In this document: piece after piece, positions 38,956-48,336 of the stretch
Position numbering within the stretch: the stretch's first letter is position 1
How the letters are laid out: each line of letters starts with the position of its first letter
Source of the DNA: Sedimentisphaerales bacterium
GTDB lineage: Bacteria; Planctomycetota; Phycisphaerae; Sedimentisphaerales; Anaerobacaceae
Length of the DNA: 64,000 nucleotides
Assembly: GCA_040772485.1 (NCBI GenBank)
Contig: JAXGYC010000008.1
Span: 352,001-416,000, forward strand
Reading direction: 5' to 3'
Translations under genes and position numbers: made by a program
Notes under the pieces: generated by a model
Database searches by the model: none
What the model was told of the DNA's origin: nothing
Seen by the model: the letters and a program-made list of their open reading frames with translations, nothing else

Positions 38956-39438
38956 ATGAAGCGAAAGAAGAAATGGCCCGTCGCGCTGGCGGTGGTATTT
39001 CTTGCCGTCGTGATATTTCTCGTAGTCTTGCCTTTTCCTCTATGCCGGGACATGGGCTTCGTCTGCGAGCACACCGCGTCGCGCAAAGGCTATCGAAGGT
39101 GGTTCACGGGTCTGCGGACCAGTCAGTGGTATAGCGCCAGCCGGCTCGAGGAATTCATGCTTGAGAAGCACCCGCAGGATTTGACGCACCGCTGGGTCAG
39201 TTTCATGGGGACCGGAAGGAACCTCTTCGGTGGGGCCGGTTCCTTCTTACACGGAAAGCCTGACGAGACCTTGTTCGTGTTTCGCAAGCAATTCGACGAC
39301 CACGTGGACAGTCTCGACGATGCAGGCAAGCTGGAGCTTTTCCGCGTCCTGGCTTCAGGCCAGGACGACCAGATCGAAGCCCACCTGGCCCCGGTCCGCG
39401 AAAGACCTTTCGAACCGTTCCGAGACCCGCAGCCTTAG
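38956..39438 (+). CDS. Hypothetical single-pass membrane protein
   Basis: MKRKKKW followed by TM helix; start could be 38914. Confidence 0.65.
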   Translation: MKRKKKWPVALAVVFLAVVIFLVVLPFPLCRDMGFVCEHTASRKGYRRWFTGLRTSQWYSASRLEEFMLEKHPQDLTHRWVSFMGTGRNLFGGAGSFLHGKPDETLFVFRKQFDDHVDSLDDAGKLELFRVLASGQDDQIEAHLAPVRERPFEPFRDPQP

Positions 39439-39559
39439 GAAGGATTCTGATCGACATCCCCCATGCGACCAGGACGATCGTGACATTCGCATGGAGGCTG
39501 CCACCGTGATCTTGTTGGCTAAGAATCTGCCCGGTTCTTCGCGGTCAACCGTTTCCGAG

Positions 39560-39700
39560 GGACGCGACTACCCGTTTGCGGCGGGAGTGGAAGGGACCCG
39601 TTTGTAGTGTGCCCGTGAGGGCATACCAAGAGGATAATCCGCCAAAGGCGGATCACTACGAACCAGACTCCGACCCCAAGCCAAAACGGGTAATCGCGTC
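39560..39700. repeat. Nested inverted repeats (family C GTTYGTAGTG...CACTACGAAC inside a 17-bp IR)
   Basis: GACGCGACTACCCGTTT vs revcomp of AAACGGGTAATCGCGTC (16/17); family C also at 11006-11032 and about 57244-57253. Confidence 0.75.
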
Positions 39701-39791
39701 TTTCCGAGGGTGCTGAAAAGCGTATAATCGGCCTGCCGGTTGGAGTGCTCCTGTATTGAGTCGGCAGTGCCCGAAGATTGCGAGGGGCGTT

Positions 39792-41357
39792 ATGCGAAAG
39801 CTGATCGTGGTGTGGGTGGTATTGTGGTGTGGGGTGGCGGGTGGTCAGGTGGGGGAGCTGCCGGAGCGGGCGCCGGGGGCGTTCTTTCCGCTGAGGGCGC
39901 GGGACCATCGGGATGCGGGGTCGTTCCAGCGCGGCCGGCCGGTGGTGGGAACGACGTACTTCTACTGGTACGACATCGACAGCAACGCACATATCCTCGA
40001 CGGCGACGGCTCCGACGCGATGACGACGCATCCGGCGGACATGACCGACCTGAGCTACAAGCGGGCCTCCTGGCACCAGAGCCAACTGCTCGACGTGATG
40101 GACGCGGGGATCGACTTCGTCATGCCCGTTTACTGGGGCGTGCCCGGCGACTATGACGGCTGGAGCTTCGTGGGCCTGCCTCCCCTGGTCGAGGCGCACA
40201 GCGAGCTGGAGAAGGCGGGCCTGAACCCGCCGGCCATCGGCCTGTTCTACGACACCTCGATCCTCCAGTGGAACCGCTTCAACACCGATGGCAGCAGCTA
40301 CCACGTGGACCTGACCACCGACTTCGGCAAGCGCTGGTTCTACACGGCCATTCGCGATTTCTTCAGTCTGATCCCGCCGGCCAAGTGGGCCCGCGTCGAC
40401 GGCAGGCCGATCATCTTCTTCTACGAGGCAGCGTTTGCCGCCGGACAGGACCCCGCGCGGCAGTTCGCGTTCGTCAAGGAACGCTTCGCGGCCGATTTCG
40501 GCGTCGAGCCCTTCCTCGTGAAATCCGCCGGCTGGCAGGGCCAGGCGGACGCGACCTATTCCTGGGGCGGCGCGGTCAACGGGCCGATCCTCTTCGAGGA
40601 CGTGGCCGCACTGGGCCCGGGCTACGACCACAGCGCGGTGCCCGGCCGGCAACCTTTGATCGTCGAGCGTCACGATGGACAGACCTACATCGAGCGCTGG
40701 ACGAAGCTGCTGCAACTGCCGCCGGGGCAGAGGCCCTGGATGGTGCACGTCGAAACGTGGAACGAATGGCATGAGGGGACCGACGTCGCCCGCTCGCGCG
40801 AATACGGGCGAAGCTACATCGTGCTGACCAAGCTGTTCGCCGACATGTGGCACACCGATACGCAACTGCGGTTCGGCTCGCCTTATGCAGAGGCCGAGCG
40901 GATCGTCTGGGAAGCGGACACGCCCAAGGGCCTGACGCTGCGCCCCAGCGGCGGCGACGGCAACTGGCAGATCATCGAGCACGATGGGAGCGAGGCGGTT
41001 GTCACACTGCCCAACCCTCATTCGCAAACGACTCGCTATCTGTACTTCGACGTCGACGATGCGTTCGCGTTCGGCGTGCGCGGCAAGTCCGTGGCCCTCG
41101 CGGTGACGTACCGCGACGCAGGCTGCACCTCGTTCGGCGTCGACTACGACAGCACGGTCAGCGAAGGTCCGCTGGAAGGCTCGTTCCGGCCGGCCGGCAG
41201 CGTTGCAGTGACGGGCAGCGGCCAATGGAAGACCGCGCACTTCGCGCTGCCCGAATGCCGGTTCGCGGGCCGCTGCAACGGCGTGGACCTGCGCCTGGTC
41301 GCCACCGGCGGCAACATGGAACTGGCCGTCCGCCGCGTCGAGATCACCAAACCGTGA
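39792..41357 (+). CDS. DUF5010-family / GH99-like secreted glycoside hydrolase
   Basis: Signal peptide; YFYWYD, AGIDF, GPGYD, ETWNEWHEGT; C-terminal beta-sandwich. Confidence 0.78.
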   Translation: MRKLIVVWVVLWCGVAGGQVGELPERAPGAFFPLRARDHRDAGSFQRGRPVVGTTYFYWYDIDSNAHILDGDGSDAMTTHPADMTDLSYKRASWHQSQLLDVMDAGIDFVMPVYWGVPGDYDGWSFVGLPPLVEAHSELEKAGLNPPAIGLFYDTSILQWNRFNTDGSSYHVDLTTDFGKRWFYTAIRDFFSLIPPAKWARVDGRPIIFFYEAAFAAGQDPARQFAFVKERFAADFGVEPFLVKSAGWQGQADATYSWGGAVNGPILFEDVAALGPGYDHSAVPGRQPLIVERHDGQTYIERWTKLLQLPPGQRPWMVHVETWNEWHEGTDVARSREYGRSYIVLTKLFADMWHTDTQLRFGSPYAEAERIVWEADTPKGLTLRPSGGDGNWQIIEHDGSEAVVTLPNPHSQTTRYLYFDVDDAFAFGVRGKSVALAVTYRDAGCTSFGVDYDSTVSEGPLEGSFRPAGSVAVTGSGQWKTAHFALPECRFAGRCNGVDLRLVATGGNMELAVRRVEITKP

Positions 41358-41405
41358 ACCATCCCCAAGCTCTTCGAGCTTGAGGCTGCCACGGGGGTTT
41401 TGGTG

Positions 41406-41462
41406 TTGACTTCGGCATCCGAAAGGAGTAGGTTCGGCGCGGTCATATCTTACGTACACGTA
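41406..41462 (+). promoter_or_regulatory. Promoter and putative MarR operator
   Basis: TTGACT-17-TAGGTT (41406-41434); palindrome TACGT-AC-ACGTA (41451-41462). Confidence 0.6.
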
Positions 41463-41480
41463 CCAGTTGCGGGGGTCGCG

Positions 41481-41960
41481 ATGGCGACCGGGCACGAGAT
41501 AGCGATGGGTTTGCGGGCCGCGTACGGGCGGATGCACCGGCAGAGCAACCTCTGTCTGGCCCGTCGAGGCGTCACCGTCGATCAGTTCGTGCTGTTGGCG
41601 CTGCTGGCCGAGCAGGACGGGATCACGCAGCAGGAACTGGTCCGGCGGGCCGGCTCCGACGCCAACACGATCCGCGCAATGCTGGTGCTCATGGAGGATC
41701 GCGGTCTGGTCGCGCGCCGGCCGCATCCCACCGACGGTCGCGCCCGCTGCGTCAGCCTGACGCGCAAAGGCCGACAGACCCTCAACCGCTTGTGGACGGA
41801 GAGCGAGCCGGTGCGACAGCGCCTGCTCGCCCCGTTCACTCCTGAAGAAGCCGACCTGCTGGTCGATTTCCTCGCGCGCATTTCCGAAGCGATGTCCCAA
41901 GAGAACGGCTCTACGCCGACCACCGAGACAGAACGAGTGCTGAAAGGAGAAGAAAGATGA
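41481..41960 (+). CDS. MarR-family transcriptional regulator
   Basis: GITQQEL, MEDRGLVARR.HPTDGRA..V.LT.KG. Confidence 0.9.
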   Translation: MATGHEIAMGLRAAYGRMHRQSNLCLARRGVTVDQFVLLALLAEQDGITQQELVRRAGSDANTIRAMLVLMEDRGLVARRPHPTDGRARCVSLTRKGRQTLNRLWTESEPVRQRLLAPFTPEEADLLVDFLARISEAMSQENGSTPTTETERVLKGEER

Positions 41961-43120
41961 ACAGATCCAGAGTCACCATCGCCGTGATAACGCTGGCCGC
42001 ATTGGTGCTGATCTTGGCAACGTCCGCGCAGGCGCAGCCTGGGCGGGGCAGATCGCGCGGACCACGGGTGACGTCGCCCGAGATCGCCGCCGACCGGCAC
42101 GTGACATTCCGCATCCTGGCGCCGGGGGCCGAGGCGGTGCGGCTGTCCGGTGGCGACATCCCCGGCGTCGGGCAGGGAGCGGAGATGACGAAGGACCCGA
42201 ACGGCGTCTGGGAAGTGACGCTCGGTCCGATCGGCGCGGGCGCGTACCGCTACAACTTCAACGTGTACGGCGTCTCGACCATCGACCCGCGCAACCCGGC
42301 CACCAGCGAATCCAACGCGAACACCTGGAGCCTCGTGTACGTCCCGGGCTCGGAGTTCATGGACACCCGGCAGGTGCCGCACGGCGCCGTCGCGGAGGTC
42401 ACGTACTGGTCGGCGTCGCTCGGGCGGTTTCGCCGTATGCACGTGTACACCCCGCCGGGTTATGAGTCGGGCCAGGCCAAGTACCCGGTCTTCTACCTGC
42501 TGCATGGGGCGTCCGACAGCGACGACTCTTGGACATCGGTCGGCCGGGCGGGCTTCATCCTCGACAACCTGATCGCGGCCGGCAAGGCCAGGCCGATGGT
42601 GGTGGTCATGCCCGCCGGACACACGGGGCCCTTCACGTTCGGCCGCCGGTCGGACGCCGATGAGTTCACGAAGGACTTTATCGGCGACATCATGCCGCAC
42701 GTGGAGAAGAACTATCGCGTCTACACCGACAAGGCCCACCGCGCCATCGCGGGCCTGTCCATGGGCGGCGCGCAGACGCTCAATCTCGCGATCCCCTACC
42801 CTGATAAGTTCGCGTACGTGGGCGTCTTCAGCTCGGGCATCTTCGGCATCGCCGGCGGCGGGCCCGGCGGCGCGCCCCAGGGACCATCGTGGGAAGAGCA
42901 GCACAAGGACAAACTCGACGGTGCCGAGCTGAAAGACGGGCTCAAGCTCGTCTGGTTCGCTACGGGCAAGGACGACTTCCTCGTCCAGACGTCGCGCGCA
43001 TCGGTCGAGATGCTCAAGAAGCACGGACTGGACGTCGTCTACAAGGAGACCGACGGCGCGCACACATGGATCAACTGGCGCGACTACCTCAACGAGTTCG
43101 CGCCGCAGTTGTTCCAGTAG
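41957..43120 (+). CDS. Secreted CE1-type esterase with N-terminal Ig/CBM48-like domain
   Basis: VYTPPGY, YLLHGA, GLSMGG nucleophile, GAHTW. Confidence 0.9.
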   Translation: MNRSRVTIAVITLAALVLILATSAQAQPGRGRSRGPRVTSPEIAADRHVTFRILAPGAEAVRLSGGDIPGVGQGAEMTKDPNGVWEVTLGPIGAGAYRYNFNVYGVSTIDPRNPATSESNANTWSLVYVPGSEFMDTRQVPHGAVAEVTYWSASLGRFRRMHVYTPPGYESGQAKYPVFYLLHGASDSDDSWTSVGRAGFILDNLIAAGKARPMVVVMPAGHTGPFTFGRRSDADEFTKDFIGDIMPHVEKNYRVYTDKAHRAIAGLSMGGAQTLNLAIPYPDKFAYVGVFSSGIFGIAGGGPGGAPQGPSWEEQHKDKLDGAELKDGLKLVWFATGKDDFLVQTSRASVEMLKKHGLDVVYKETDGAHTWINWRDYLNEFAPQLFQ

Positions 43121-43151
43121 GTCGTCCGCGCGGAAACGCCGGAAGGCAATG

Positions 43152-44966
43152 TCATCTGGCGCCGCAGGTGTTGAACAGGCTGTAGAAGGTGTAGGTGTCG
43201 CCATACTTCGGGGCGAGCCGGTCGAAGACGGTCTGGTTGTTGCCCTGCGCACCCCTGACGACGGTGGTGATCTCGCGGAACTGGTTCTGCACGTCGGGCT
43301 CGATGGTCCAGCCGCGCGCGTCCGGGGTAGTATTAGTCTCCAGCGCATGCACCAGCACCGCCTCGGCCCAGTGGCGCGGAAGCCGCGTGTATCCCAGCGG
43401 CCCCAGCAGAGGCAGACAGCGCACCAGCTCGGCCCGCTGATGCGTCAGGAGAAAATGCGCCATGAGATATTCAAACGCCAGGCGATGATCGGGGTGGTCC
43501 TGCAACAGCCTCTTGAGCAGGGGCTCGAAGGAAATCCCTGCGATCGCATGGTTCGTCGTCGCCTGCGCGCGGCCCCAGGCGCCGATCAGCGGATCGCTGT
43601 CGGCCCTGGCGGGGTCGGCGATCACATCCGCCCACCGGCGCGCCAGCGCGCGACCGCCGGCGAATTTCTCCAACGCCTCGAACACGATCCGGGCGGACTC
43701 GTGCTGCCCTTTGACCAGATGGATGCGGACCAGCGCCTCCAGCACATGCGGGGACGGGCCTTCGTTGTCCAACAGCTCGTAGGCATTCTTCTCGGCGGCG
43801 TTCGGGCAACCCAGGTCGAGGTACAGCTCCAGCAGCTTGGCGTGCTGAAAACGCCCGGTCATGTCGTCAAAGCTCAGGAACAGCGTTTTGGTCCCATCCT
43901 GCGGATAGGCGCACAGCTCGTCGCCCGAGCGACCCAGGTGCGTCAGAGCGCGATTGACATCGAAGACGCCGGAACGCGTGAAGGCACGTTTGCCGCGCAT
44001 GCGATGCGCCAGAGCGATGACGCGATCCCACTGGCGTTGCTGGGCATAGCAGTGCAGCGCTCGTTCGTCGCGGAGATGGTTCCGTGAAAGCGCCAGGCAC
44101 AGGGCCGAGATCAGAATCACCGCGATCATCCGCGCAGCGATCCACGGGCGACGCGATGCGCGTTCTCGCACGACAAGGCTTTGCCCGAGAGATGTGACCA
44201 GAATCAGAACTGGGACAAAGGCATACAGGACAAGCATCAGCGAACGGGAGAAAGCGGTCAATTCAAGACTGCGGCCGGAATCCCAGAGTGTGCCAATCGT
44301 GAAGATCTCACGGAGTTCGAGGCCGAAGATGAATCGACCCGGAACGAAGGAAACACAGGCGGCCAGAAGAGCTGCAACGACTGCGACGACGATTCGCCGA
44401 TGCAGCAGGGCCTCGATCAGGCAGATGACGCCGGCAAAGACGAAGGCCGATGCGCCAATCAGGTAATATGCCGTCGCAAACAGGACCGCAAACACGCCCG
44501 CCCGCATCGACAAGACCTTGGTCGGAATCGACTCGTACAGGACCGCCATCCAGACCGACAGCACGATCGCAAGCAGGGCCGGAAGCGGATCGTCGTAGCG
44601 GCTATAGATCATCAAGGCGACGATCACCGGGACCCAGGCCAGGTCCCTCGACCAACTCGCCCGCATCGCGCGCAGCAGGCGCTGCACACCGACGAAGAGC
44701 AGGACCAGCACCGCGATGATGACGAGGGCCCCCAGCCAGGGGTTGCGATACGTCTGCGCCAGCAGTGCGGCCAGCGCGTTGAGCGGACCGCCGGGCGCGC
44801 CGAACGCGGTTCGAAGAAACGGGGCTTCCCAGGAGAAAACCGGATACGCCGCAAACACGCCGAAGCCGTGATACAGCAGTTGAGGTTGAACCCCCCTCCA
44901 CACATATACGAACAGGCCCAGGAACAGACCTCCCTGCCACCAGAGCTCCAGCCTTCGACGGTCCAT
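43152..44966 (-). CDS. DUF6057-family membrane protein
   Basis: Multiple TMs (PGG...LAALLAQ.Y..PWLGA), C-terminal helical region with AFEYLMA..LL, YGDTY.FY. Confidence 0.75.
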   Translation of the reverse strand: MDRRRLELWWQGGLFLGLFVYVWRGVQPQLLYHGFGVFAAYPVFSWEAPFLRTAFGAPGGPLNALAALLAQTYRNPWLGALVIIAVLVLLFVGVQRLLRAMRASWSRDLAWVPVIVALMIYSRYDDPLPALLAIVLSVWMAVLYESIPTKVLSMRAGVFAVLFATAYYLIGASAFVFAGVICLIEALLHRRIVVAVVAALLAACVSFVPGRFIFGLELREIFTIGTLWDSGRSLELTAFSRSLMLVLYAFVPVLILVTSLGQSLVVRERASRRPWIAARMIAVILISALCLALSRNHLRDERALHCYAQQRQWDRVIALAHRMRGKRAFTRSGVFDVNRALTHLGRSGDELCAYPQDGTKTLFLSFDDMTGRFQHAKLLELYLDLGCPNAAEKNAYELLDNEGPSPHVLEALVRIHLVKGQHESARIVFEALEKFAGGRALARRWADVIADPARADSDPLIGAWGRAQATTNHAIAGISFEPLLKRLLQDHPDHRLAFEYLMAHFLLTHQRAELVRCLPLLGPLGYTRLPRHWAEAVLVHALETNTTPDARGWTIEPDVQNQFREITTVVRGAQGNNQTVFDRLAPKYGDTYTFYSLFNTCGAR

Positions 44967-45161
44967 TTCGCCCTTATAGTGCATCGGGGCCGAAGCCGAC
45001 AAGAAAAACGTTGGTTCCTGTGGCGACGGCAGTAAGATGGGCACGTGTATCTGAGCATCCCGACAACAATGTCGCCGATCGGACAGGCACGCCGCTGCCA
45101 TGACGCAAAAACGCGCAGAACCAGAGGACTTCATCCGCAGGCGGGTCCGGGAGACCCTGTG

Positions 45162-46706
45162 ATGAGATCGCGCAGACTCCCGGCGGCGCCTCTTGTCTTG
45201 TGCGCGATGGCAGCGGTCTTCTTCGTCGGCTCGTGCGAAGACGAGCGACCGCAATCGCCCGCGGCCGTGGGCAAGACGCCACGGGTCACGCCCGATTATG
45301 CGGGGATCGTCCTTCCGCCCAACATCGCCCCGTTGAACTTCCGGATCGACGAATCCGGCCGCCGATACGCCGCCAGGATCCATTCGGACGCGGGAGAAGA
45401 GATCGAGATTCTCAGCCGAACGGGCGAGATCGTCATCCCCCTGGCAAACTGGAAGGCCCTGCTCAGCACAAATGTCGGCAAGGAGATCGCCGTCGACGTG
45501 TACGTGCAGAGCGAGGACGGCAAGTGGAATCAGTACCAGCCCATCCGCAACAGAATCGCACCAGAGCCGATCGACTCGCATCTGGTCTACCGTTTCATGA
45601 TGCCCTCGTCATATTTCCCCAAGCCGATGCAAATCTGTCAGCGGAATCTGGAGACGTTCGACGAAGAGGTCCTGCTCGACACCCGTAACTTCGGGAACGG
45701 CTGCGCCAACTGCCACAGCTTCGTGGGCACCAATCCCGACAAGATGCTCCTGGGGATTCGCAGCACCTCCTTTCCCAGCGCGACCCTCTACGCTCGCGAA
45801 GGCCGCATCGAAAGGATCGGCGCCAAGTTCGGATACACCTCGTGGCATCCGAGCGGCAGGATCGTGACGTATTCGATCAACGACGTGCGGCAGTTCTTCC
45901 ACACGGCGCAGCAGGAAATCCACGACGTGGTCGACCTCGATTCGATCATCGTCTACTACGACGTCGAGAGAAAGGAGATCCGCACGGCGCCGGCTCTGTC
46001 CGACAAGACGCGTCTGGAGACCTATCCCGCCTGGACGCCGGACGGCAAGTACCTGTACTTTTGCAGCGCCCCGCTGCTATGGACGGACATGCAGACGGTG
46101 CCGCCCAGGCGATATGCCGAAGTCCAGTACGATCTGATGCGAATCCCTTACGACCTCGCAACGGACGCCTGGGGCGCGGCGGAGACGGTGCTGAGCGCCA
46201 AGAACACCGGCCGCAGCATCTTGTTGCCTCGCGTCTCGCCCGACGGCCGCTTCCTGCTGTTCTGCATGAGCCGATACGGGTGTTTCCCCGTCTACCAGCC
46301 GACCAGCGATCTGTACATGATGGACCTGACGACCGGCGCGTACCGCGAGGTCGCGATCAACAGCGAACACAGCGAGTCATGGCACAGTTGGTCGAGCAAC
46401 AGCCGTTGGATCATATTCAGCAGCAAGAGACACGGAGGCCTGTACACCCGACCGTACATCAGCTACGTGGACGCCGAGGGCCGGACGCACAAGCCGTTCG
46501 TGCTGCCGCAACGGCGTCCGTCGTTCTATGAATCGTGCTATCGTCTCTACAGCGTGCCGGAACTGGTCGACGCAGCCGTGACTGTGAACGGCCGGTCGCT
46601 GGTCGATGCGATCTCCGGTCCCGCCCAGATCAGCGTCAATTCGATCACGGGCGCGACCCCCAGCAGCACCGAGGCCTATCCCAAGGGCCGCCCCAGTGTG
46701 CAGTGA
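45162..46706 (+). CDS. TolB/PD40 beta-propeller lipoprotein
   Basis: FVGS|C lipobox, PPNIAPLNF, CANCH, repeats WHPSG, WTPDG, VSPDG, WSSNS. Confidence 0.82.
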   Translation: MRSRRLPAAPLVLCAMAAVFFVGSCEDERPQSPAAVGKTPRVTPDYAGIVLPPNIAPLNFRIDESGRRYAARIHSDAGEEIEILSRTGEIVIPLANWKALLSTNVGKEIAVDVYVQSEDGKWNQYQPIRNRIAPEPIDSHLVYRFMMPSSYFPKPMQICQRNLETFDEEVLLDTRNFGNGCANCHSFVGTNPDKMLLGIRSTSFPSATLYAREGRIERIGAKFGYTSWHPSGRIVTYSINDVRQFFHTAQQEIHDVVDLDSIIVYYDVERKEIRTAPALSDKTRLETYPAWTPDGKYLYFCSAPLLWTDMQTVPPRRYAEVQYDLMRIPYDLATDAWGAAETVLSAKNTGRSILLPRVSPDGRFLLFCMSRYGCFPVYQPTSDLYMMDLTTGAYREVAINSEHSESWHSWSSNSRWIIFSSKRHGGLYTRPYISYVDAEGRTHKPFVLPQRRPSFYESCYRLYSVPELVDAAVTVNGRSLVDAISGPAQISVNSITGATPSSTEAYPKGRPSVQ

Positions 46707-47233
46707 CCGGACGAAGCCGATGAACCGGCGGGCGCTGCGATCACTTCGATCTCCACGGGGTTGCTCACCACGGTGATATCCTCCAGATCGAACGCCACCT
46801 GGATCGTATGCCGGCCGGGTCCCAGCGGCAGCCCCATTTCCGCGGGCACAGTCAACATCAGGTCGGCCAATTCCCCGCCGGGAGCCAGCGGATGCATCTT
46901 CGCTGGGGCCGCCTGGTCCCGGCGCCGCTGGTGCCACCGCCCGTCCAGCCAAACGCGATCGGGACAGATGGGTTCATGGACATCGAAGGCGAACAACCGC
47001 CGGCTCTGATTGCGGAGGTCCAGTCTGAAGGTCGGCGTCTCGGCGCTCTGCCAGAGGCGTTTCGTCGGGCGCAATCGGCACTGCAACCCTTCGGCTTGTG
47101 GTCCCCAGTCGGACGTCGTCCGCACGATACGATCTGTCCGCCCTGCAAGCACCCTGTCCTCTCGCGAGCAACCCCCGGACAGGAGACTGCCAAGCAGCAT
47201 GATGACCACGGCTCGCATTGCTGTCTTCGCCAT
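46676..47233 (-). CDS. Hypothetical lipoprotein
   Basis: LLSGG|C lipobox; WG....GLQ Ig-like domain ending SNPVEIEV. Confidence 0.7.
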   Translation of the reverse strand: MAKTAMRAVVIMLLGSLLSGGCSREDRVLAGRTDRIVRTTSDWGPQAEGLQCRLRPTKRLWQSAETPTFRLDLRNQSRRLFAFDVHEPICPDRVWLDGRWHQRRRDQAAPAKMHPLAPGGELADLMLTVPAEMGLPLGPGRHTIQVAFDLEDITVVSNPVEIEVIAAPAGSSASSGHCTLGRPLG

Positions 47234-47653
47234 AGGTTCTCTCTGCCACATCACGGTTTCGCCGGATCGACGCCGGACCATTATACGCACGTCCGGCCGT
47301 GATGCCAGAGAACCCTTGCCACGAAGTGCCGGTATGCACTGTCCGCGGCCTTTTTCGACCTGGAAAAGCCGCTCTCGGGAGACTTTTCTACGGTTTATCC
47401 ACCTTAAGGCGCGCCGGTCGGACAAATTCTCCAGGTCCGAGAAATAGCCAACAAGCTTGGGGCTTTGGGTAAGAGAAAGTATCCCCGCCTTCGCGAGGGG
47501 GAAATCATCAACTCATAAGCTACTGAAAACACAAGCGTTATGCGATATCAAAACGCCGGCCTCTTCACTGCGACCTCAAATGCCTTCCAGGCGGGCACGC
47601 CGGTTGCAGCATTCCGCCGGATGTAGACAGGCTATGACCCACTCGTCGCCAAC

Positions 47654-47673
47654 TTGTCCACACGTTATCCACA
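47654..47673 (+). promoter_or_regulatory. Tandem DnaA boxes
   Basis: TTGTCCACA (47654-47662) and perfect TTATCCACA (47665-47673); TTATCCACC at 47395-47403. Confidence 0.6.
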
Positions 47674-47926
47674 ATTGCGTCGACCCAGGGACGCGACCGC
47701 GACGTACACGACCATCGGCCGTCTCCAAACTTACCGGCGGACGATTGTAGATCTCGGATTCGGATTGGCCTCGGCGCGCAGATCCGCAATCCGCAACCCC
47801 CAATCCACCAGCGTACGGGGTCTTGGGAAAATGCGGCGGTCGCCCGATAATTGCCGGCCCATTCGTGCTGCGCACGGGCATCTGTTCTCAAAGTGGACCC
47901 CGGCGGCCCGATTCGGCCTAATTCTC

Positions 47927-47955
47927 TTGACATTGGGTCGGAAATTGGGTAGACT
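47927..47955 (+). promoter_or_regulatory. Sigma70-type promoter upstream of the PEP-CTERM pair
   Basis: TTGACA, 17 bp, TAGACT. Confidence 0.75.
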
Positions 47956-48336
47956 GATCCTCGTAGATCGTTCCACGGAGCGATCCACTCGAAATGGGGG
48001 GTGCTCATCGCTTACCTTCATGGGCACTCAGTAAGGCAGGTTTGGCAGTTTCGTTCGATGGCCCGGATTCATCCTTGGGGTGTTTCCGCACGGCCGTCTG
48101 CGACCGGGGGGTTGCAGGACTCATGCGACAGACGCAGGTCCACCACGCCATGTCGATGCTGTGGGTCTATTCAGACCGCAACCAGAGGGGCGCCTGGAGC
48201 GCCCGGGCATTCGTGGTTTCGGTCGTTTCAATCCTTTCGGTCCCTTAGGACCAAGAGGACCGGAAGGACTGAAGGGATCCCCTCGTGACGGCCATCGCGG
48301 GCCGCCGACCGTGCCGGCACTTGGGAGTGTGGTGAC

